DNA of 64,000 nt, from NCBI GenBank assembly GCA_003228685.1, contig QIFC01000029.1, positions 1,759 to 65,758 on the forward strand, read 5' to 3'. Made by a program: the position numbers and the translations under genes. Below the pieces are notes generated by a model. The model saw only the letters and a list, made by a program, of their open reading frames with translations. It was not told the origin of the DNA and did not search any database. Below, in pieces: positions 57,689 through 64,000 of the stretch. Origin of the DNA: Chloroflexota bacterium. Its GTDB lineage: Bacteria > Chloroflexota > Dehalococcoidia > DSTF01 > RBG-16-68-14. Every line of letters begins with the position of its first letter. Position 1 is the first letter of the stretch.

Positions 57689-58518
57689 TTACAGCTCGGC
57701 TTCCTTCAGCCTGGCGCTGTGGCACTGGATGTTGACGGCCACGGGCATCGCCGTGATGTGCGTCGGGTAGGTCTCGATGTTAACGGCGAGCGCGGTGTTG
57801 GTCCCGCCGACGGCCTGCGGCCCGACGCCGAGCGCGTTCACGCGCTCCAGCAGCTCCTTCTCGAACTCGGCCGTCTCTTCTTCGCCAGGTACATCGCGTA
57901 CTCCGACGAGCCGCCGACGCCCACGCCGACGACGAGCGGAGGGCAGGGATTGCCGCCCGACTCCTCGATTGTGCGCAGGACGAAGTCGACGATCGGCTCC
58001 TTCCCGGCCGAAGGCAGGAAGACCTTAAAGGCGCTCATGTTCTCGCAGCCGCCGCCCTTCGGGAGAATCTTCAGTTTCAGCTTGTTGCCCGGCACGACCT
58101 CGATGTGCATCACGGCCGGCGTGTTGTCTTTTGTATTAACGCGGCTCGAGAACGGGTGGTCGACCATCGAGGCCCGCAGGTAGCCCTCCGTGTAGCCCTT
58201 GGCGACGCCCGCGTTGATCGCATCCGTCAGGGACCCGCCGACGATGTGCACGTCCTGCCCCAGTTCGACAATGACGACCGTGGTGCCTGTGTCCTGACAC
58301 AGCGGCAGCTGCTCGTTCTTCGCGATGTCGACGTTCTCAAGGATCTCGATCAGCACCTGCTTGCCGAGTTCGGCTTGCTCGCTATCACGTGCGCGCTCCA
58401 GCCCGGCGACGACGTCGTCCGGCAGGAAGTGCGTCGCCGCTTGGCACAGCTCGGCGACCGTCGCCGTGATCTCGTCCGCGTTGATCTCGCGGACGGCGGT
58501 AGATGTTTCTGCAGTCAT
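57689..58518 (-). pseudogene. Class I fumarate hydratase / tartrate dehydratase alpha (N-terminal domain) subunit, reading frame broken near 57870-57885
   Basis: The ORF 58518..57838 gives ...LPLCQDTGTTVVIVELG...GVGVGGSSEYAMYLAKK, then out-of-frame RRPSSRRSCWSA*. A shifted frame continues with the conserved C-terminus EETAEFEKELLERVNALGVGPQAVGGTNTALAVNIETYPTHITAMPVAVNIQCHSARLKEAEL*, with its stop at 57689-57691. The combined length of about 276 aa equals a normal alpha subunit. Confidence 0.7.
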
Positions 58519-58596
58519 GATGGTAGAACCTCCTCAAGTTTGAGCAGCTTCAGTATAGCTCCCTGTCCCTACGCCTCAACCGGGCCAGCTCGCCCT

Positions 58597-59397
58597 TCAT
58601 CCGCGCCGCCCCAACGACAGCGTCATCACCAGCGGGCGTGTGATCGCGCCGCCGAACTCGGCGTCGATGAAGGCGCGGACGTGATCGATCATGGCCTCCT
58701 GCTGCGGCGGCTCCATCGCCTGCGTGCCGGAGTAGGAGCGCATCAGGTCGCCGTACTCGCGCGACGTGTAGCGCTGGTCCCAGCGGTACTTGTGCAGTTG
58801 AATCTCGTCGAACAGGACGCTCGCGACCAGGCCGTCGTGATCCGCCGGCACGAGGTGGTCTTCGGGCGGAGGCGCGTAGCGTAGGTCGTTGTCTTGGTGT
58901 CGGTCATAGACGGGCTGCACACGAGCGAAGAAGCCGGCGTCGACCGTCGACGCGATCTGGTTCGTGTGGACGACCGCCAACGCGCCGCCCTCACGCAGCA
59001 GGTCGTAGCAAGGCTGGAACCGGGTCTCTTTGTCCACCCAGTGGAACGAGGTCGCGGCGAGTACCAGATCGAACGCGCCCGCCTCCAGATCCGCGTCCTC
59101 GAACTTGGCAACCACTACATCGAGCTGCGGGAACTGCCCGCCTAGCTTTCGCCTCAGAAACGCGGCGAGCTGCTCTCCCGGCTCGACGGCCGTCACCGCG
59201 ATGCCACGCTCCAGCAACGGCCGCGTCGCCTTGCCCGTCCCAGGCCCGATCTCGACTGCGCGCAGGCCGTCATCGCGCCCCAGATACGAAAACAGCGCAT
59301 CGAACAACTCCGGCGGGTACGCCGGCCGGACGCGGTCGTAGATCTCCGGGACGTTATCGAACCCCAGTCCGTCGTCGGCCCGCACCTTCTCCGGCAT
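58597..59397 (-). CDS. Class I SAM-dependent methyltransferase
   Basis: AVEIGPGTGKATRPLLERG motif I. ATG at 59397 (the track's TTG is at 59439). Confidence 0.8.
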   Translation of the reverse strand: MPEKVRADDGLGFDNVPEIYDRVRPAYPPELFDALFSYLGRDDGLRAVEIGPGTGKATRPLLERGIAVTAVEPGEQLAAFLRRKLGGQFPQLDVVVAKFEDADLEAGAFDLVLAATSFHWVDKETRFQPCYDLLREGGALAVVHTNQIASTVDAGFFARVQPVYDRHQDNDLRYAPPPEDHLVPADHDGLVASVLFDEIQLHKYRWDQRYTSREYGDLMRSYSGTQAMEPPQQEAMIDHVRAFIDAEFGGAITRPLVMTLSLGRRG

Positions 59398-59431
59398 ACC
59401 ATTCAATCCGTGCGACGCGCCTGCGGCGCCC

Positions 59432-60373
59432 CTACTCAATCAGGCCGAACAACTCCTCGGTCGCTTCGGCGGCCGCGTTGATCTTGGCCTTCTCGTCGTC
59501 GCTGACGGCGACCTCGTAGACCTGCTGAACGCCACCGTCTCCAAGCTTCACGATTGTGCCGCAGAACGTGTTCTGGACGCCGTACTCGCCCTCCAAGAAC
59601 ACAGAGCAGGGGATCAGACGGCCCTGGTCGAGGATGAGCGCCTCGACCATCTCCATCGTGGCCGTCGCGGGCGCCTGGAACGCGCTGCCGGTCTTCATCA
59701 GCCCGACGATCTCGGCGCCACCCTTCATCGTGCGCGCCACCAATGCGTCGATCTTCTCCCGCGACAACACCGACGCGATCGGCATGCCGCCGATCATCGT
59801 GTTGCTGACGATCGGGACCATTGTCGTGTCCGTGTGGCCGCCCAGCACGTAGCCGTGGACGTCGCGGACCGAGACGCCGGCCTCGCGCGAGACGAACGTG
59901 CGATAGCGCGCGGTGTCCAGCATGCCACCCTGGCCAATCACGCGCTCGCGCGGGAAGCCGGAGGCGTCCTTTGCGACGTGGCACAGCACGTCCATCGGAT
60001 TCGCGAAGATGATCAGGGTCGCGTTGGGCGACGCCTTGGCCGCGGGCTCGACGACCAGGCGCATGATCTTCGCGTTGGTGTTGAGCAGATCTTCGCGGGT
60101 CATGCCCGGCTTCCTAGCCGCGCCCGCCGTCACGACGATGACGTCCGAGCCGGCCGTCTCCTCCCAGGTGTCGGCCGGGATGATGTTGGCTTCGAATCCA
60201 GCCCAGGCGCCGGACTGCGCTGAGTCGAGCGCCTTGCCGTGGTGTAGCGTCTCGACGATGCTCGGCTCGTCCTTCAGCACGATGTCGCAGATGTTCTTCT
60301 CCGCCAGCCGCTGGGCCATCTCCCCGCCGGTGTTGCCGGCCCCCGCAATCGTAACCTTCTTTCTCGCACTCAT
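59432..60373 (-). CDS. mdh: Malate dehydrogenase (LDH-like family)
   Basis: KVTIAGAGNTGG fold. AGAARKPGMTREDLL carries Arg at the substrate-discriminating position (Gln in LDHs). Catalytic LGGHTD region present. Start at ATG 60373. Confidence 0.9.
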   Translation of the reverse strand: MSARKKVTIAGAGNTGGEMAQRLAEKNICDIVLKDEPSIVETLHHGKALDSAQSGAWAGFEANIIPADTWEETAGSDVIVVTAGAARKPGMTREDLLNTNAKIMRLVVEPAAKASPNATLIIFANPMDVLCHVAKDASGFPRERVIGQGGMLDTARYRTFVSREAGVSVRDVHGYVLGGHTDTTMVPIVSNTMIGGMPIASVLSREKIDALVARTMKGGAEIVGLMKTGSAFQAPATATMEMVEALILDQGRLIPCSVFLEGEYGVQNTFCGTIVKLGDGGVQQVYEVAVSDDEKAKINAAAEATEELFGLIE

Positions 60374-60411
60374 CCGATGTCTCCTCTCAACTGCCTTTAA
60401 GACGCGCACTC

Positions 60412-60451
60412 CATCCTGAGCCTGTCGCTCGCCCTGAGCGAAGTCGAAGGG
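60412..60451. repeat. REP-like element, copy C (composite or partially duplicated)
   Basis: CATCCTGAGCCTGTCG is identical to the first 16 nt of copy B. It is followed by CCCTGAGCGAAGTCGAAGGG, a variant hairpin of the same architecture (CCCT-loop-AGGG). Lies just upstream of mdh. Confidence 0.6.
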
Positions 60452-60678
60452 AAAGACGGAGGACGCACAAGTGGCTAGCTCTCACAGATCGACCCGTCCA
60501 TAGGACGGGCCGTATTCCGATATGCGCTCCATGACGATCTTAGCTTAGCACCGCCGGCAGTGCGCATGTAGGGCCATCTGTCCTATCACAGAACAGGAAC
60601 GTACGTCCGCCGCTACGAGCCGATCGCGCCGACGACATGAGGCTTGTTTAGGAGACGTCGTACGGCTTAGGCTATTCG

Positions 60679-62013
60679 CTAGGTAACAACCGCCCATACC
60701 CGTACTGCGTCCGAAACGCCCTTCAGGTCGCGCTCGCCGCGATCCTCGAACGCAACGCCCGCCGACGTCCGGGCCAAATCGCGAACCGTGCCGGAGACCA
60801 GCGTTTCGCCTGCTTCCGAAGCGTCCGAGATGCGCGCCGCTACGTTCACCGCGCCGCCGAAGACGTTGTTCTCCTCGCGGATCACGTCGCCCGCGTGGAT
60901 CCCCACGTGCAACTCGAGATCGGCGTCCTTACCCGCGGCGTGGCAGGCCTGCGCGCACGAGATCGCCTCGCGGGCCGCGCGGAAAACGGCCAGCACGCCA
61001 TCGCCCAGCAGCTTGCCCTCGATCGCCGTGCCGCCCGAGTTGCCGATCGCCTCACGCAGCGCGGTGTCGAGTTCGCGCGCTTTCTCGCGGAACGCGGCGT
61101 CGCCCAGCTCCTCGGTGAGCGCGGTAGAGTTCGCGATGTCGGCGAACAGAATGATGGCTGTGCCGGATCCGCTAGGAGTTGGTGCGGTGGGTTCGGGTGT
61201 GGCTACGCCCAAGAACTCGCCTGTCGCGCGGATGATGGCGTCGGTGCCTTCCCCAATGTCGCCGCTCCCACCATCAACAAGGACAAGCCGGGCATCCGGA
61301 ATCCGCGAAGCCAGATTGCGCGCGACCTCTAAGCTGGGGTAGACCATGTCTCGCCGGTGCAGCACCAATGTGGGCGCCTCGACGCTCGACAGCAACTCGC
61401 TGACATCGATCTCGGCCTCGTCAACGTTCGTGAGCATGGCTTCGACGGTCTCGGAGGACGTACTGTCGCGCACGAGCCGGGCGTACTGCCGTGCCCTTTC
61501 GCTATCCGACCAACCGGAGATCACGCTCGCCAGCGTTTCTGTAAATAGCTCCCAGTCCTTGTCCGCCATTGCCATGAGGCCTTGGAATTGGGGCGCTTCT
61601 GTCATGTCCTCCGCGCGGATGATGGAGCACCACAGGACCAGCCTAGAAACTCGTTCTGGGTGGTCGACCGCGTACGAAACGGCCACCGCCCCACTGAACA
61701 TCGGCGCCCACAAGGCGAACCGGTCCAGCCCGAGCTGGTCGACCACACTCTCCAGGTCCAGAACACGCGCAGCCGGGGATAGGTCTTCTACAGTACGATC
61801 AGAAAGGCCGCTTCCCCTACCGTCGTAGTGAACCAAGCTCCCGCCCTTGGCGAGCCCTTCGCAGAAGCGCCGGTGCTGAGCGTCCTGCCACTCCAATTCG
61901 ATGTGGCTAAACGGGATCCACGGCATGTACACAAGCGGTTCGCCCTCGCCCATCGTCCAGTAGGCGATGCTCACGCCGTCGGACGTTGTGCAGTACTGGA
62001 TCTCCTGCTCCAT
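60679..62013 (-). CDS. Alpha/beta-hydrolase domain fused to a class III adenylate/guanylate cyclase domain
   Basis: The N-terminal ~270 aa have the alpha/beta-hydrolase pattern (YDGRGSGLSD, nucleophile-elbow-like LWAPMFSGAV). The C-terminus has AIILFADIANSTALTEELGD, GDGVLAVF, HVGIHAGDV and GGAVNVAARI, which are the class III cyclase motifs. Confidence 0.85.
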   Translation of the reverse strand: MEQEIQYCTTSDGVSIAYWTMGEGEPLVYMPWIPFSHIELEWQDAQHRRFCEGLAKGGSLVHYDGRGSGLSDRTVEDLSPAARVLDLESVVDQLGLDRFALWAPMFSGAVAVSYAVDHPERVSRLVLWCSIIRAEDMTEAPQFQGLMAMADKDWELFTETLASVISGWSDSERARQYARLVRDSTSSETVEAMLTNVDEAEIDVSELLSSVEAPTLVLHRRDMVYPSLEVARNLASRIPDARLVLVDGGSGDIGEGTDAIIRATGEFLGVATPEPTAPTPSGSGTAIILFADIANSTALTEELGDAAFREKARELDTALREAIGNSGGTAIEGKLLGDGVLAVFRAAREAISCAQACHAAGKDADLELHVGIHAGDVIREENNVFGGAVNVAARISDASEAGETLVSGTVRDLARTSAGVAFEDRGERDLKGVSDAVRVWAVVT

Positions 62014-62058
62014 TGCGGCCTTAGCTTAGCGGATACGTACCGCGTGAGGCAGGGTTGG

Positions 62059-62307
62059 CTAACGACCGAACAGCTCTTCCGCGACAGCCTCTCGTTCACG
62101 GCCAAGATAGGCCGCCATGTCGGACAGGATCGAGGCGAGCGTTCCCACACGTAGATCCTTGTGGCGCGGGATCGTAACGTGATGTTCCGCGCCCTGCAGA
62201 CGAGAGGTCAGTCGCATGTGACTTCCTGTTTGCCTTGTGGCTTCGTACCCGAACCTGCCTAAGAGCGAAGCCAGTTCCGCACCCGCCAGGTCACGCGGCA
62301 GTCTCAC
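62059..62307 (-). CDS. hicA: HicA-family toxin (mRNA interferase)
   Basis: LLGRFGYEATRQTGSHMRLT...HHVTIPRHKDLRVGTLASIL is the typical HicA/YcfA pattern. It overlaps the upstream hicB-like gene by 4 nt. Confidence 0.75.
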   Translation of the reverse strand: MRLPRDLAGAELASLLGRFGYEATRQTGSHMRLTSRLQGAEHHVTIPRHKDLRVGTLASILSDMAAYLGREREAVAEELFGR

Positions 62308-62516
62308 GCAGAGATGACCTCATCCCGTACCAGGTGTAGTCGAATCAGTTTGGGACGGTCAGCCTCATCGAAGTGGCAACGAACGGCATCCTGCACCATG
62401 GCCTTGAGTTTTTCCATGTCGTCAGCTTCAGTGAAGATCGCCTGACCGAGCGCCCGCGCTTCGTAGCCGCCTTCGGGCGACTCCAACACCTCGAATACGA
62501 TCTCGCTATCGCTCAT
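62304..62516 (-). CDS. hicB: HicB-like antitoxin (UPF0150-type N-terminal domain only)
   Basis: 70 aa. IVFEVLESPEGGYEARALGQAIFTEADDMEKLKAMVQDAV fits the HicB RNase-H-like partial fold. A TATAAT element and GGTGGAG SD lie upstream. Confidence 0.65.
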   Translation of the reverse strand: MSDSEIVFEVLESPEGGYEARALGQAIFTEADDMEKLKAMVQDAVRCHFDEADRPKLIRLHLVRDEVISA

Positions 62517-62581
62517 CTCGGCTCTCCACCTGCCATTATAGCCGCTGCCGCTTCGCGGCGTCTCAGTGAATGGGGCGGTAC

Positions 62582-63664
62582 CTACCCCTGTAGCTTCGCG
62601 ATGATCGCGTCCGCCACGTCAGAGGTGCCGACGGCGCTCGGGTCCTCGCGGTCCGCCTTCAGGTCGTACGTGACCGACGTGCCTTCGCGGATCACGCCGG
62701 CCATCGCTTGCTCCAGCCGGTCGCCGGCCTCCGTCTCGCCGATGTGGCGCAGCATGAGCATGCCGGAGAACATCATCGCCATCGGGTTCACCTTGTTCAT
62801 GCCCTTGTACTTCGGCGCGCTCCCGTGCGTCGGCTCGAAGAGGGCGATCTCGTCGCCGATGTTCGCGCCGGGCGCGACGCCCAGCCCGCCGACGAGCCCG
62901 GCGCAGAGGTCCGAGATGATGTCGCCGTAGAGGTTGGGTAGCACGAGCACGTCGAACTGCTCCGGGCGCTGCACGAGCTGCATGCAGAGGTTGTCGACGA
63001 TCGTGTCCCAAAACTCGATGTCCGGGTACTCCTTCGCGACCTCGCGAGCGATCTCCAAGAAGAGGCCGTCCGAGAACTTGAGGATGTTCGCCTTGTGGAT
63101 GGCCGTCACCGACTTGCGGCCGTTCGCCTTCGCGTACTCGAACGCGTACTTCACGATCCGGCGCGAGCCCATCTCCGAGATCGGCTTGAGCGAAACGCCT
63201 GCGTCGTCTCGCAGCGCGGCCTGCCCGCTCGCCTGGGTCAGTTCGGAGAGCTTCGGTATCCACTCGGAGCCTTTCTCGAACTCGATGCCCGCGTAGAGGT
63301 CTTCCGTGTTCTCGCGCACGATCACGATGTCGACGTCGTCGTAGCGCGTTCGCACGCCGGGGTAGATCTTGCACGGCCGTACGCAAGCGTAGAGGCTCAG
63401 CGTCTTGCGCAGCGCGACGTTGACGGAGCGAAAGCCCGTCCCGACTGGCGTCGTCACGGGTCCCTTGATCGCCACCTTCCGCTCCCGGATCGAATCGAGG
63501 ACGGCGTCCGGCAGCGGCGTGCCGGCCGTCTCCATGACGTCGACGCCGGCCTCCTGTACGTCCCAATCGAAGTCGACGCCCGTGGCTTCCAGGACGCGCT
63601 TGGTTGCTTCCGCAATCTCGGGTCCGGTGCCGTCGCCAGGGATAAACGTGACGGAATACGCCAT
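62582..63664 (-). CDS. Isocitrate/isopropylmalate dehydrogenase family enzyme, probably NAD-dependent isocitrate dehydrogenase
   Basis: [29 protein letters not shown] and EPTHGSAPK motifs. 360 aa. The TCA context (mdh, fumarase) favours IDH. Confidence 0.8.
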   Translation of the reverse strand: MAYSVTFIPGDGTGPEIAEATKRVLEATGVDFDWDVQEAGVDVMETAGTPLPDAVLDSIRERKVAIKGPVTTPVGTGFRSVNVALRKTLSLYACVRPCKIYPGVRTRYDDVDIVIVRENTEDLYAGIEFEKGSEWIPKLSELTQASGQAALRDDAGVSLKPISEMGSRRIVKYAFEYAKANGRKSVTAIHKANILKFSDGLFLEIAREVAKEYPDIEFWDTIVDNLCMQLVQRPEQFDVLVLPNLYGDIISDLCAGLVGGLGVAPGANIGDEIALFEPTHGSAPKYKGMNKVNPMAMMFSGMLMLRHIGETEAGDRLEQAMAGVIREGTSVTYDLKADREDPSAVGTSDVADAIIAKLQG

Positions 63665-63852
63665 TCGTATGACTCCTTCTAGTTCCGCATGCCGCTGGGT
63701 CGTGATTCTAGGATGCTCTTGTTCAGTCTAGCAGCTACCTAGGGCTGGCCAGAAGCCTGCCATTTGGCCTGATACTTGCGGCCACATGATGGCCGCCTAC
63801 TAGTGGCCGAGGCCTTCATTCGCGACGCCGATCGACCGATAATTCCTACGGA

Positions 63853-64000
63853 ATGCCAGCTAAACGCGCGACTAAGCCCGAGACGTCACACGGCTTGACG
63901 AAGGCCGAGGCCTGCAAGGCGCTGCAAGTCGCGCCCACGGCTGACGAGGAGTTGATCACGCAGGCCTACTGGCATCAGGCGCGCAAGGTGCGCGTCCTGG
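63853..64000 (+). CDS. Partial CDS (5' end only), possibly a J-domain-like protein
   Basis: ATG at 63853. MPAKRATKPETSHGLTKAEACKALQVAPTADEELITQAYWHQARKVRVL resembles J-domain helices I-II (LGV...A..eEI..AY...a.k). Truncated by the window edge. Confidence 0.3.
   Translation, partial: MPAKRATKPETSHGLTKAEACKALQVAPTADEELITQAYWHQARKVRVL

Noticed and set aside
60597-60608. GAACGTACGTCC, a one-mismatch match to the GAAC-N4-GTTC LexA box.
   Set aside because: It sits about 225 nt upstream of mdh and downstream of the cyclase gene, with no adjacent promoter-like hexamers. A single one-mismatch hit in 64 kb is expected by chance.
60537-62031. The 11-mer CTTAGCTTAGC on both sides of the hydrolase-cyclase gene, considered as mobile-element ends.
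   Set aside because: My rough expectation for identical 11-mer pairs in 64 kb is in the hundreds. No extended similarity surrounds the two copies, and no transposase is present.

Overview
High-GC bacterial chromosomal segment. The gene content (Chlor_Arch_YYY/DUF2298 membrane protein, F420-type LLM oxidoreductase, LDH-like malate dehydrogenase) suggests Chloroflexota, possibly Thermomicrobia-like; that is inference only. I saw no rRNA, tRNA or CRISPR array.

Layout:
(1) 0-4.6 kb: partial metallopeptidase, XerC/D-type recombinase, a Rad52/DdrA-like gene behind an SOS-box-like promoter, gap, cupredoxin.
(2) 4.8-9.8 kb: one 1682-aa GT-C/YYY membrane protein.
(3) 9.8-17.1 kb: TPP-riboswitch-controlled thiamine operon (thiD-thiC ... 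thiG-tenI-like-thiS-thiO). A roughly 1.9-kb lower-GC island sits between thiC and thiG and carries a GIY-YIG protein and a RelE/ParE-like toxin.
(4) 17.1-20.6 kb: ABC-2 exporter, second thiE, EamA transporter.
(5) 20.6-50.4 kb: about 30 kb of surface-glycan genes. These include glycosyltransferases, at least 6 SAM methyltransferases, 2 acetyltransferases, a PAPS-type sulfotransferase, Wzm/Wzt, radical SAM/SPASM, an LLM oxidoreductase and GT-C enzymes. The locus ends in three paralogous dockerin-tagged arylsulfotransferase-like proteins.
(6) 50.4-64 kb: mixed metabolism (enoyl-CoA hydratase, class I fumarase alpha/beta split by three genes, mdh, icd-family), a decayed IS200-type transposase, REP-like hairpin repeats, an SOS-box promoter driving a 32-aa hydrophobic peptide, an alpha/beta-hydrolase-cyclase fusion and HicAB.

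The most interesting candidates are the dockerin-ASST/GT-C module, the island inside the thi operon, and the LexA-box-controlled small membrane peptide. All functional calls rest on motif recognition by eye, and start codons are approximate.
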